A program made the translations under genes and the position numbers. Below, piece after piece: positions 26,054 through 41,900 of a stretch of 64,000 nt of DNA. Source of the DNA: the human T2T-CHM13v2.0 reference genome, Homo sapiens. Under the pieces are notes generated by a model. It saw only the letters and a list, made by a program, of their open reading frames with translations, did no database searches and was not told the DNA's origin. Within the stretch, counting starts at the first letter, position 1, and every line of letters starts with the position of its first letter. The stretch lies in the NCBI RefSeq assembly GCF_009914755.1, contig NC_060945.1. One strand, 5' to 3'.

Positions 26054-27484
26054 TTCTCATTTTGTGTGTTTCAGAGAAAAAATAATAAGGCAAGAAATTC
26101 CATTTTTGAAAATTATTATTGCTTGAACTTTAGACAAATGGGAATTGACTGTGTTTGTTTACCCTAACATGGACTGGGTGCTGGCAAATTACAACTGCAG
26201 TTTTGTTTCTGCAGCCTCAAATTTAATCTTTTATTTTGTCAGATGTGGCTAAGTGAACAATTTCCCACCCCCCCCCCCCAAAAAAAAGGCTAAAATAGTG
26301 AGCCTTTAAAAATCCTATTTCTCTTCTAGACTTGGATCCCTAAGTACCAGTCAAGGAAAATATCTAATTTCTTCAAGGAAAAAGAGTTCATATTTCTTTT
26401 GAAACATATCATGTTGCCATAGTTACCAAATGCTCTCATTTTATTTCCTAACAATAATATCACCATCTAGATACACATAGCTTACAAAAGTAAATGTTTT
26501 ATTGTGGAATTTTATAAGGACACAGGATCTGCTTCCAATGACTTTTAAAAAATTAAAATGGAAGGATTCTTGCTAATAAATACACCTGAGTTGAAATTAA
26601 ATGTTTTCTGAGCAAGAGCATAGGAGAAAAGGAGGAGCAGAGAGAAATTGAAAAAGACACATACAGTTTTAACATTTCAAAGGTGAAGGTGATTTAAATT
26701 AGGATTTGGGCATGGTTGTTCTTCTCCACCCCAGTGTATATAAACATTCTCATATGGGTTGCCATGTCTCCAGGAGTGATACCATCATCTGGACAGGCCA
26801 TTAGAAATTAAAACATACTTACACATATACACATGCACATCTTAGAATAAGAAAAATTATAAACCAGCTTATTTCTATTTGTCTTGCCAAATATAAACTT
26901 TAGAGCCAAAATTTTAAACAAAGCAGCAACTATGAAAATAAATAATGAGATCCCTGTGTACAGAATTACGTAGTTGGGGTTTACATATTGGGAAATCAAG
27001 CTCCAAGTAGAAAGGAATCAGTTTTCTCCGTCTTTCCTTTCTCTTACTTTTTAAGAAGCTATCACAAGAATTTTATTTACAGGAATTTAAGGTGGAAACA
27101 TATACCTTTTGGGGAGTAAATCGTTACTAAAAACATAATTAATGTGGTCATTTTGAACAATATTATCAAATAGTTACCTCAATGAATCATAAAAATCATC
27201 AAATATGTACATGATTTGAAAAATCTTGAAAACTAAGAAAGTTGAAATATGTAAAAAGTAAATTAATTTCATAGTCTACCTTTATAGATAAAACATCAAT
27301 AGCTAATATTAAACTATAAGCATTATTATTAAAATATAAACATTAATTGAAAATTTAAAATTAAATTTAAAAATTAATTAATTTCTTTATATCTTCCTAT
27401 TTCATACTTAAAAGGTTTCTTATTCTAGCCTAAATGGTGTATCACAAACTGCAAATTACAATATTTGATGTTTTAATGCACTAT

Positions 27485-27690
27485 GTCGGGGGGTGGGGGG
27501 CAAGGGGAGAGAGGAAGAGCATTAGGACAAATACCTAATGCATGCGAGGCTTAAAACCTACATGACAGTTTGTTAGGTTCAGCAAACCACCACGGCACAT
27601 GTATACCTATGTAACAAACCTGCATGTTCTGCACGCATATCCCAGAACTTAAAGTAAAACTTAAAATAAGAAAATAATAATAATAAAGAA
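27485..27690 (+). mobile_element. L1PA 3' UTR fragment with A-rich tail
   Basis: GCATTAGGACAAATACCTAATGC...GTAACAAACCTGCA...AGAACTTAAAGTA. Confidence 0.85.
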
Positions 27691-30600
27691 TGTGTTATTT
27701 AAATGTAATCTTTAGCATTTCAGTTTTGTTTACTGGAGTCATAATCTCAATATTATTTTTAAATATAGAGAATTCAAAATTATTTAACATAAAGTATACT
27801 TCATTTTATTTGTAAAGTTTTGCCCATCATTTTTAAAATGAATGATTTAGGCAGAGCATTATGGCATTTGAGAAGAACTGGCCTTCATTGTAAGTTGACT
27901 GTAGGATTTATTGATACAAGCAAAAATGCATAAAAAAGAAAATTTTTTCATAATTTTGTTTTTCAAAAACTTATATATGCGTATGTGTATGTGTGTATGT
28001 ATATGTGTATATTTAAATATGTATCATGTACTTTAGAGAGATTTTTACATCCAGTATGGCTCTTAAGATAAAGGCCATGATTCCCATTTTATAAGTTTTC
28101 TCTTGATTAGAAAACTAGTTTTGTGTGGTGGTGGGTGAGATGTTATATTGTTTACTTCCTCAAACTCTGTTAGCCTTCCTTAAACTTATTTTGGTTTATT
28201 ATTGTTTGTATTTTTAATTGTATGCTTGGAGGGATCCTTTATCTTTCCAATCAGCCTTGTCCAGGTCTGAATCCCATCTCCTTTCACCTCCTTGAGAATT
28301 TTTATTCTCAAGAGGTCAATTTTTTTTCTGTCTTCTTACTCTCATTTCCCACTAGTGGAGGCTTATCTAATTATAAACAATAAAGAAATGATTTTGAAAT
28401 TATCTTTTTACTTATACACCCAAACTGGTATCTGTAGATTCTTTCTTATCTTTTGCTTACCCATTTCTGAAATGTTCCTATGCCTAAAGCCAGATGCTCT
28501 TTTTTTTTTTTTAATCTGCTGCAGTCTTTTTGGACAACTTAGTCCTCTTCCAGTTGCTTCACCTCTCACTCATAACTTGCTGACTCCAGAATCTATAACT
28601 CTTTAATTCTTTTCTGAGGTCCTGAGATACATATATACATATATATAAAATATAAAATATATATATATACACAATGTTTTATTGAAACTTCCCAATTATT
28701 GCATGTCAGGTATTCTCATTTCACAGACCAGGAAACAGATACTTACAGAAGTTAAGTATTACAGCAGGTTTACTCAATTAGCACATGTCCAAGCTAGTAT
28801 TTAATCCAAAACTTTTGATTTTTTTTCTATTATATACGCTTTCTTTCCATTTTCTTGAATTCCAGTTTTGTCTACCAGGGTAAAGTACATGATTGCTAAA
28901 GAAGGGAGGCTTTAGAATTTCTCTCTCTCTATCTTTTTTATTTTTTATTTTTTTGGAACCCACTGCATGAATTTTTCAGATTCCAGAAATAATGCTTTGC
29001 AATGAATGAGGTAGTACTTTTAATTCTATATATTTTTGCCATAATGTCTATGCACCCAGCCTGTGAAATAAATTGCACTGACCTGTGTCTTTAGTGCCTG
29101 TCACTTAAAATTTTTCCAAACCACCTTAAATGTTGAAGTTAATAAAATTGGTAATGCTCGACGTGGGGGAAAAAAAAAACAACGAAAACCACTAAGATGT
29201 TCTACTTTGTGGTCTCTGCATGACATCTAGTGGTTGGAACTGGAAAATTTGAGGAAATTATGATTAGTATCAGGGAAAATACAATCTGTGTTAGTCTGGA
29301 GTCCTCATTCCTAACATCAAAGGAAACATGATGTAGATATCCTCTACTTCCAAAGAGGTTGGCCACTGGCAGGTAGGCCAGTGGCCTTTCTGTTCATTTC
29401 TTAATGAATTGAACAGAATTCATTAAGAATTCTTAATCTTCACACAGAAGATTAATCTTTCTTAATCATTTCTGTTTCTCAGTCTGTGTATCAGGGAATA
29501 ACAGTTTCTCTCTGTGTTAAGCAATCTGTGCTCACTGGGGCTTGTGAAACATTGGTCTGTAATCAGTACCTACTTTTGATAGATATGAGTTGGATAATTA
29601 TAAGATGCAAAAGTAAATAAACCCTTTGGTTTTCTTTCTTTATACGCAAGTATTAATGATAGTAAATCTATGACCCTATTATTCAAAATTGTATTTAGAA
29701 AAGCTTTTTATATACTCCAGTTTTGATTATTCTAAAGAGGTTATAAAATCGAGTAACTGCTTAGCTTTGAGTCTTAGGGATGATATTGGGTGTAGGTCCT
29801 TGATAATCCAAGATTTAGGATCTGCCTACCAGAAATTTTAGTCAGCTTAGATAACTGACAATGGAAAACGGTACATGATATGTTCTAAATAAATGACACA
29901 GCCAATGTTGTAGGGATGCCGCAGAGGATTTGGAGTCCAAGAGGTCAGAGAAGGGGTCATGAAGGAGGATGGATTTGAACTGAGCTGCAGTTGATAGATG
30001 GGCAGCTTAAGGTATTGTTAAGCAAACAGGCAACAGAGTGAGATTCCTGGGTGTTGGCTTTCCTTCAGTGTGACCTTGGACAAACTATCTAGTTGCTCCA
30101 CATTTTACTTTCTTCGTTTGCATCACAGTATGTACACACATAGATACATAGCATCTATTTCTTGTGGTGAAGATCAGCATAATGTCTCAGTTGGCAAATT
30201 ATCAGTTCTTTTTATTATAAATAAATTAAAAATGCAAATGTTTAGGTCAAGTGTTATTCTCTGAAAATGCACAAAGAGAAATGAGCCAAGAGAAAAATAA
30301 TAATAAATAAATATTATATTTCTGACACCAAGACAAGTCCAAGAGAATTTAAAAAATAATTATAAATATTTTATGGTAATGTATTTCAAATATACATGCT
30401 TCAGATTCCAGGATTTATGTCATGGGGATGGATCAGGAGTCCTTGAAACCTGGCACTTATTAATAAATGTTGTTTCTAATTTTCTATCACTGCAAGGTAC
30501 TCTTATAGACACCATGTGAACATAGTACTTTTATCTCTCTAGCCTTGCACATAGTACTTTTATCTCTCGATTAGCATGTTTCCATCTTTTCTACCTATGT

Positions 30601-30697
30601 CAACTCTATTCATCCATCAAGATCTAATTCAAGCTCTATCTATTCCTCACATCCTTCCTTGGCCACTTCTTTCTTCTGAATTCCTATTTATTTTCCT

Positions 30698-30698
<1 letters not shown>

Positions 30699-30746
<48 letters not shown>
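30699..30746. repeat. Poly(T) tract, 48 nt
   Basis: Counted directly; no adjacent Alu or L1 body. Confidence 0.95.
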
Positions 30747-30748
<2 letters not shown>

Positions 30749-31224
30749 AATTGGCATATACTGCTAGGTATCACTCATTTTTTCTGTGGAAAGAAAAAAT
30801 ACTAACTGAATTTTTGTATATATTTATTAATATCCAGATAGGATATCATAATTAAAGTAATCAGATCAAGTTTCTAAAATATTACTGGCTCTTGTTTTCC
30901 ATTCCCAAACACCTGAGAGAGACTGTCCACTTAACAAGTGAAACAGTGGTCTGTATATCCAGCATTTGTAGCCTACAATCTCCAAAGTGTGTTTTTATTA
31001 TGACCTTACTCCTCCTTACTGTCCATATTTCACAAAAAGAAGTTATCCATTGGGGAAGAAGATCTTAATCCATTACCAAAGACATTTTTAATAGTAATTA
31101 ATAACAAATCCCATATGTTCTATATATTTGGGACATAAATAAATAATGTAAAATGTCGGTACAAATAGTTTCTCTACACTCAATGATATTATATTATTAA
31201 AGTCAGCTGCATTTAAAAATTAGT

Positions 31225-32880
<1,656 letters not shown>

Positions 32881-34080
32881 ATATTTTTTGCATATATGTA
32901 TATGTCGGTGTATTTTAGTGACGTAAAATGAATGGAATCTATAGCCTTAAACATAATATAAATATATAATGGTTAAGATTTCCCACTCAACAATCCAGGC
33001 TTGACAGAAAATCATAAAATGTATTTAAATTTAAATGTTTTTTTCTTTGTTGATACTAGTTCTTAGTTTTAACATGCCGAAGAGGGTATACTTGATCAAG
33101 GACAAGATTAAATGTTCTGATTGGCTAACTATCAAACCGCTGCCTCCACTTTTTTTTGCAACTTGAAAATAATATTTAGTTATCATGCTAGCACAGCCAT
33201 ATTAATATATACCCCTTCAAAACTTTAAATATAAAGCTTTAACAGTTTCACGAAAAAGAAATATTAATGATGCTGAGATTGGTGGGCATGGATTCTGTGT
33301 AGTGAGACACTGAAAAGTAATTTTTAAAACAGGAAAGTTAAAGCACTTTAAAATCACAAACCTATTGGTAATTAAAAAAGAATTAGTATCAATTTCTGAA
33401 ATACAAGATTAGAGGGACACCTAAAATTCTGAAAGATTTTAGAGAATTTTTTTAAAAAGTAATTGCAATTTAGATCAAAGTTCCCCACTTTTCATTCCAA
33501 GTGTGATACAGGTTTAAATAATAAACAGAAAAAAAAGTTTAGATAAATTCACGAATTATTGAACCAGATGATAAACAATAGGGAAGCTATTTAGGGCATA
33601 GTCTCTAGTGTGTAAGGGTGACATCCTAAGTAATAAATTTATGCTATTGTTGACAATATTGCTGGCAAGGCTAAATGGTCAATGTGCTTGACATATTGCC
33701 TGGTTTTTCATGTTCTATTGCAAGAGCTGATTCTCTCTCTCTCTTTTATTTATATTTTTGAACTCTACCATTATGCTATCATGGACATTATGTTAACAAT
33801 TTGATGCATCTATGTAATATGCTTTAAATCTTTGGGAATAAATTTACTGAGTGCTACTTATGTGAACAAACTTCTCTTAAGCACAAATGGAAATCCACAA
33901 AGAAAGACAGCCTCTTCTATTTGTTTTATGTGAGGCAACGGATACACTGTAGACAAAAAGACCAAGTATAATTAACTTATATTGTTAACTAACTTAATAT
34001 CTGCATATTACATATTTTTCTATTATGCTTTCTGAGCAACTTCGTGGCTTCTGTTTTGGAGGGTAGGATTTCATAGTTAA

Positions 34081-34418
<338 letters not shown>

Positions 34419-34767
34419 TGAAAGGAACATCGCTCCCTACACTGCAACTGAACAAAAGAGTGATAATGTTAATTTCTTTATTCTTGAGCTTTTCTTGAAT
34501 AAAAGAGGGTCATAGGATATGGAACAAAATAGACTAGAAAATAGGGTTGATAAGGTACTGATTCTGCCAACACTGCTTAATGCTCTCCCCAAGCAATTGT
34601 CTTTTAGATATGTTATTTCCCAGTGTGAATGGTATTTTTTAAATATGTCAAGCAATTAAGAATATAAGTATATTCTCATCTCAGCTAAACGTAGAATCTT
34701 TACAAAGAATTTTTGGTATCCTTAACCCTAATATGTGGAGGGATAAGATTAAAAATGTTCACCACCT

Positions 34768-35258
34768 TATTTTTATTTATTTATTTATCTATTATTTTGA
34801 GACAGAGCCTCACTCCACCCTGACTGGAGTGCTGTGGTGTGACCTCGGCTCATTGCAACCTCTGCCTCCCAAGTTCAAGTGATTCTCCTGCCTCAGCCTT
34901 TCAAGTAGCTAGAATTATAGGAATTCACCACCATGCCCAACTAATTTTTTTTATTTATTTATTTTTTTTTTTGGTGAGATGGAGTCTCACTCTGTTGCCT
35001 AGGCTAGAGGGCAGTGGCACCGTTTTGGCTCACTGCAGCCTCCACCTTCTGGGTTCAAGCAAGTCTCCTGCCTCAGCCTCCTGAGTATCTGGGATTACAG
35101 GCACCCACCACCACACCCGGATAATTTTTTGTATTTTTAGTAGAAACGGGGTTTCACCATGTTGGCCAGGTTAGTATTGAACTCCTGACCTCAAGTGATC
35201 TGCCTGACTCGGCCTCCCAAAGTGCTGGGATTACAGGTGTGAGCTACCACATCCAGCC
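34768..35258 (-). mobile_element. Compound Alu (a right monomer plus a full Alu)
   Basis: Two consecutive right-arm sequences separated by a T-rich tract, then one left arm. Confidence 0.85.
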
Positions 35259-35668
35259 ATCACCTCCTGTAAAGTGCAGTAAAGAAATAGTGGGCAATAG
35301 ACAGGCAGGGGATAGAGGAAAATGTTTTGGGAGTGGGACAATATGAACTTATTGTCATGACAGGACCAAAAAGGGAAGATGTCTGCCTATCATAATTAAT
35401 AATAACTCTATCAGTCAACATTTATGTTTTACAATTGTTCTGTAAAAGCCAGCAAATATTACAGATTCCAGTCCCTAATAACTGATCATGAAAGACACTC
35501 TAAGCTTGTGCATCAGCATTCTCTTTTTATCTAAAAGAAAATATATTAAATAAAGGGAGGAATGGCAGGAGTAAAGAGACTTGAAGGAAAAGAAAATATT
35601 GACTTCTTAATGATATTTTACAATGCTAAGACCTTTAGAAACCAACTACTCCATATGTCTTTTAAATA

Positions 35669-35747
35669 TTAGTTTGGTGCAAAGGTAATTACAGTTTTTG
35701 TCATAAAAGTAATGGCAAAAGCCACAATTACTTTTGCACCAACCTAA
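35669..35747. mobile_element. MADE1 (Hsmar1-derived MITE)
   Basis: ~80-bp palindrome TTAGTTTGGTGCAAAGGTAATT...AATTACTTTTGCACCAACCTAA. Confidence 0.92.
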
Positions 35748-37069
35748 CTGATACATTTATTCCATTTTGGAGGTATTGCAAATATGCTGAATCAATGAAT
35801 TTCTTCAGTATTTTTCATTGTATTAGTACAAATTTAACCTAATAGTATTCTTCTGCATGTTATTTCCCTTTGTGCTTCCTTTAATGCAATGAAGTTGTAG
35901 TTACCAAATAGAGTGCTCTAAAAGGGCAAGGCTTGTCTGTGAATTGAGCCTAGCATAGAACTGGCTCTCAGTGAAGATCTGTTGAACATTTCATGAATGC
36001 ATCAACATCATAATCCTTCATGTGCTTGTAAGCAATTATTAAAATTTTCTCTAGCCTATTCAGGCCTGTGTTCTTCAAAATTCTCCAAAATATATGGACG
36101 TGTTTGCTGTTTCTATTAGGTTTTAACTTCTGGTGTCAGAAACCAGGGCTGTTTTTCTTAATTTGTGTCCTAAAACCACAGTAGGGTTGTATGCATTGTG
36201 ATAATGCTTAATAAATATATAAAAAGATTAATATCCATTCATTTACATTTTCTTAAACCCAATTTCTGGATGAGTAGCTGTGAAACTCTCAACTGGATGA
36301 GCTCTGACTAGTGTTAAGTATAGTATATTGGGAACAGGGCTTTATATGCAACATATATGTGAGGCAAATGAGAAATATTAGCTGGGCTACATTAAATCCC
36401 AATGACATGAATAGAAATTTTATTATCCAGGTAGCAAAAATGAAGTCAAAAAAATAAATAAGAGAATGAAGTGAAGGTATGGGGCAAAACAATTAGTTTT
36501 TTATTTAAGTCAATATTTTAGAAAATAGCTTCTGAAGGCCCAATCACACAGATAATTGACACTACGACTTTTCTTTGCACTGTGTTAGACATAGGTAAAA
36601 GAATGTCTCAGCACTGTACCTTCATGTAGAAAATGTAATTAATAGCAAATTGCATAAAAGTACACTAAAATTTTAATTCTTACATCATTTTAATAAATTT
36701 CTTGAGATTTTACTTTATTTAGTGTGTCATTAAAACACAGGATTTAAGGACGATATATGTAATAAAGGAAAATAGTAAGTTACCATTCTTGTGTAAACAC
36801 GTTTTGTAAATACTATTTCAACAAAGATTTAAAAGTTAATTACAAAGGTATAAAGTTATGAAGTATTATATAAACCGGATTCATAATTTTGTTTTAAATG
36901 GTCTTTTCATGTATCAAAATACTATCAGTTTAAAACAATCTCTTTTTTTAAGGCAGTAGGCTCTGTTTACCATCATTTACAATTGCTTTAATTAGAATTT
37001 TCTTCACTTTCAGTATATTCAAGAGCTATTCTGTTAGCCATAATTTTTAAGATAAAGTTTATCCAAATA

Positions 37070-37320
37070 GAAAAGTAATTATATAATGATTAAGAGCCAG
37101 AATGTCTGGGTTCAAATTACAGTTCTGCTACTTCTCAGGTATAAGAATTTGGGCAAATTTCTTAGTTTCTCTGTGCTTCAGTTTCCTGATCTGTAAAACT
37201 GGGATAACAAGACTACCTGCCTCAATCTGTGGTTATGAGTAAATGAGTTAATACATAAGAGCAATGCAATAATCCTTGGAATGTGGTATGAGTTAAATAA
37301 ACATTAGCTATTATTATTAT
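37070..37320 (-). mobile_element. MIR SINE
   Basis: Core TTGGGCAAATTTCTTAGTTTCTCTGTGCTTCAGTTTCCTGATCTGTAAAA. Confidence 0.8.
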
Positions 37321-37616
37321 AGTAAATTAGAAATTTAATTCTAGAGAATAAAAAGCTGAACTCAAATATGTAACTATTTATTTGATACAGACACATTTTC
37401 TACAAAATAAAAAACCGTCAGTTTGCACTTCCCTTATATAATGACTATTCTGGTGTTTGTGTGTATCTGTTGTGGGTCAGAGTTTTGGGCTGCGTAAATA
37501 ATCACTAAAAATTTTAAAAACTTCCGATTAAAACAGAAATAAGAACAAATGGCCATTCATGGATCACTGGCAAAGCTGAACGAATACCTGACATGTCTTT
37601 CTGTGATTCCTTGCAG

Positions 37617-37720
37617 ATATCATGGAAATCAGGACAGTGGCAGTTGGGATTGTGGCAATCAAAGGGGTGGAAAGTGAATTCTATCTTGCAATGAATGAGG
37701 AAGGAAAACTCTATGCAAAG
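37617..37720 (+). pseudogene. FGF7P: FGF7 (KGF) duplicate, penultimate coding exon (104 bp)
   Basis: AG/GT-bounded exon encoding [34 protein letters not shown] (FGF7 has NKEG); 104 bp is the canonical FGF middle-exon length. Confidence 0.95.
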
Positions 37721-38808
37721 GTATTGATAATTGATCGCTTAGGCTTAATTTTTAAAACTCATTTTTGTCAAAATATCTCACCATTCTGAAAAGGAAAAAT
37801 GGACTTAATTTATCTCCAACTGTGTAATTTAATGATTTTATTAAAACACTTTATACTCAAACGTTAAGAAAAAATGTTTTCTGTGTGACTTTGGACAAAT
37901 GGCTTGTTCTTTGGATTTTGGTTTCTTCATCTGTAAAATGAATTGAATTAGCTGACCTCTAAGGATCCTTCCAGCTCTAAAATTCCATGTGCATTTTAGA
38001 TATTTAAAATCCAAAATTTCCATTTGCCAGTATTAAAGCTCTTTTTGTTAAAGTTCACCCAATTTGCACATTGCTGACATGAAAATTCTTGGGAAAAAAT
38101 CTTGAAATGTTTAGTTCATTCATCAACATCAATCTCACAATCATGGGCTTTGAACTGTAATTATTCACATTGTTCCCACTTCACTACAATGCAAAATATG
38201 TAACAGTTCATCCCACTGTAATAAAATATGATTGGCTTTCCTTTGTATTCCCAGAGCTCAGTATAATGCCTGGAGCAGGCTAATTATATAATGATACAGG
38301 TTTAATTGAATGAACAAATGGTTGCGTGCATGAACAAACAAATTAACCTTTTATCTTCCATTACCATTGAAGACAATGTAGAAGTAAATAAAGAAAAGTT
38401 ATGAAACAAGTCTCTCACCGAGGGAGGCAGATGTTCTGCTAGTTATACCAAATTTCCAGTGGTTAAAGAATGAGTGATATGGGAATAGTAATATGAGGCC
38501 TGTTACTTAGGGGGAAATAGGTCCTAATTTTAAAGAATAGTTGACATGAACTTCCAAAAAGCTACACATATTTCATAACTAGCTGTGTATTATGTGGTGT
38601 TTTTATTTCAAATTTAAGATACCTTTTTATGCAAATATACTACATAAGTATAGCTAATAAACCACATTAGGCCTGCTCAATCTGAGGGTTAAAAAAAGTT
38701 GTGTATGTTTCAATTCTAACAAATATTACCTGCTTACTCTTCGTTTAATTGAGCCTCTCTAAAAATCATTTGGATCATGTTTGTTTGTTTGTTTGTTTGT
38801 TTTAACAG

Positions 38809-39000
38809 AAAGAATGCAATGAAGATTGTAACTTCAAAGGACTAATTCTGGAAAACCATTACAACACATATGCCTCAGCTAAATGGACACACAATGGAGG
38901 GGAAATGTTTGTTGCCTTAAATCAAAAGGGGATTCCTGTAAGGAAAAAAAATGAAGAAAGAACAAAAACAGCCCACTTTGTTCCTATGGCAATAACTTAA
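38809..39000 (+). pseudogene. FGF7P: FGF7 duplicate, coding part of the last exon
   Basis: After an AACAG acceptor: [63 protein letters not shown]; FGF7-like apart from substitutions and a locally frameshifted segment. Confidence 0.95.
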
Positions 39001-41900
39001 TTGCATATAGTATATAAAGAACCAGTTCCAGCAGGGAGATTTCTTTAAGTGGACTGTTTTCTTTCTTCTCAAAATTTTCTTTCCTTTTATTTTTTAGTAA
39101 TCAAGAAAGGCTGGAAAACTACTGAAAAACTGATCAAGCTGGACTTGTGCATTTATGTTTGTTTTAAGACACTGCATTAAAGAAAGATTTGAAAAGTATA
39201 CACAAAAATCAGATTTAGTAACTAAAGGTTGTACAAAATTGTAAAACTGGTTGTACAATCATGATGTTAGTAATGGTAATTTTTTTAAATTAATTTACCC
39301 TTAAGAGTATGTTAGATTTGATTACCTGATAATGATTATTTAAATATTCCTATCTGCTTATAAAATGGCTGCTATAATAATAATAATGCAGATGATGTTA
39401 TATAAGGTATATCAGACCTACAGGCTGCTGGCAGGATTTGTCAGATAATCAAGCCACACTAACTTTGGAAAATGAGCAGCCTTTTAAATGCTTTCTAGTG
39501 AAAAATTATAATCTACTTAAACTCTAATCAGAAAAAAAGAATATTCTCAAAAAAATCTATTATGAAAGTCAATAAAATAGATAATTTAACAAAAGTACAG
39601 GATTAGAACATGCTTATACCTATTAACAAGAACAAAATTTCTAATGCTGCTCAAGTGGAAAGGGTATTGCTAAAAGGATGTTTCCAAAAATCTTGTATAT
39701 AAGATAGCAACAGTGATTGATGATAATACTGTACTTCATCTTATTTGCCACAAAATAACATTTTATAATTCCTCAAAGTAAAATTGAGAAATCTTTAAGT
39801 TTTTTTCAAGTAACATAATCTATCTTTGTATAATTCATATTTGGGAATATGGCCTTTAATAATGTTCTTCCCACAAATAATCATGCTTTTTTCCTACGGT
39901 TACAGCATTAAACTCTATTTTAAGTTGTTTTTGAATTTTATTGTTTTGTTATTTAAGTTTATTTTATTTATTAAAAACCTTAATAAGCTGTATCTGTTTC
40001 ATATGCTTTTAATTTTAAAGGAATAACAAAACTGTCTGGCTCAACTGCAAGTTTCCCTCCCCTTTGTGACTGACACTAAGTCTAGCACACAGCACTTGAG
40101 CCAGCAAATCCTGGAAGGCAGACAAAAATGAGAGCCTGAAGCAATGCTTACAATAGATGTCTCACACAGAACAATACAAATATGTAAAAAATCTTTCACC
40201 ACATATTCTTGCCAATTAATTGGATCATATAAGTAAAATCATTACAAATATAAGTATTTACAGGATTTTAAAGTTAGAATATATTTGAATGCATGGGTAG
40301 AAAAGTATCATATTTTAAAACTATGTATATTTAAATTTAGTAATTTTCTAATCTTTAGAAATCTCTGCTGTTCAAAAGGTGGCAACACTGAAAGTTGTTT
40401 TCCTGTTAGATGCAAGAGCACAATGCCCAACATAGAAGATACAGTTAGGAATAAGGGGCCCTGAATGTCATGAAGGCTTGAGGTCAGCCTACAGATAACA
40501 GGATTATTACAAAGATGAATTTCCACTTCCAAAGTCTTTCATTGGCAGATCTTGGTAGCACTTTATATGTTCACCAATGGGAGGTCAACATTTATCTAAT
40601 TTAAAAGGTTTGTAACCATTGTGGTTTTAATTTCAAAATATTTGTCATTCAAGTCCCTTTACATAAATAGTATTTGGTAATACATTTATAGATGAGAGTT
40701 ATATGAAAAGGCTAGGTCAACAATTCATTTAATTTTCCTGTGGTTGACCTATACGACCAGGATGCAGAAAACTAGAAAGAACTGTCCTTCCTCAGATATA
40801 CTCCTGGGAGAGAGCATGAATGGTATTCTGAACTATCACCTGTTTCAAGGACTTTGCTAGCTAGGTTTTGAAATCAGGCTTCAGTAACTGTAGTCTTGTG
40901 AGCATATTGAGGGCAGAGGAGGACTTAGTCTTTCATATGTGTTTCCTTAGTGCCTACCAGACTATCTGTTCATAATCAGTTTTCAGTGTGAATTCATTGA
41001 ATGTTTATAGACAAAAGAAAATACATAATAAAACTAATCTTCATTTTGAAAGGGTAAAACATGACTACACAGAAATTTAAATAGAAATAGTGTATATACA
41101 TATAAAATACAAGCTATGTTAGGACCAAATGCTCTTTGTCTATGGAGTTATACTTCCATCCAATTACATAGCAATGCTGAATTAGGCAAAACCAATATTT
41201 AGTAGTAAATCCATTCCTGGTAGTGTAAATCACCTAAAAAAGACTTCTAGAAATATGTACTTTAATTATTTGTTTTTCTCCTATTTTTAAATTATGCAAA
41301 TTTTAGAAAATAAAATTTGCTCCAGTTACACACACTTAGAATTCTAGAATCTTAAAACTGTAAGGGGCCTCCATCCCTCTTACTCATTTGTAGTCTAGGA
41401 GATCGAGATTTTGATAAACCTAAGGTCATGCAGCTGGGTAGATATACAACTGTCACAAGAGTCTAGATCAGTTGGCACATGCTTTCTACACTAGATCATT
41501 AGTATTATTAGCTAATGGTCTTCTGCATTTTTTTGTTTTTGATTTCTATTGAGATATAGCCTTTACATTTGTACACAAATGTGACTATGTCTTGGCAATG
41601 CACTTCATACAGAATGACTAATCTATACTGTGATGATTTGACAAAAAGGAGAAAAGAAATTATGTAGTTTTCAATTCAGATTCCTATTCACCTTTTGTTT
41701 ATGAATGGAAAGATTTGTGCAAAATATACATATAAACAGAGTAAGCCTTTTAAAAATGTTATTTGAAAGATAAAATCAAATACATGAGTTTCTAACAATT
41801 AGAAAGGAAAAAATTAAAATATGAAATGATAACAAAAGTAAACAGAAGATACTTTCAAAGCAGTGAACAAAACATTTTGACATAAACCATAATATAAATT
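39001..41900 (+). other. FGF7-derived long AU-rich 3' UTR (3' boundary uncertain)
   Basis: Sequence after TAA matches my recollection of the FGF7 3' UTR start; largely repeat-free, AT-rich, with several ATTTA. Confidence 0.7.

Noticed and set aside
37617-39000. The functional parental FGF7 gene
   Set aside because: Substitutions, two indels in a conserved segment, and the neighbouring telomere/TAR1/REP522-like mosaic point to a duplicate. Absence of the upstream exon in this window is not proof by itself, because that intron is long.
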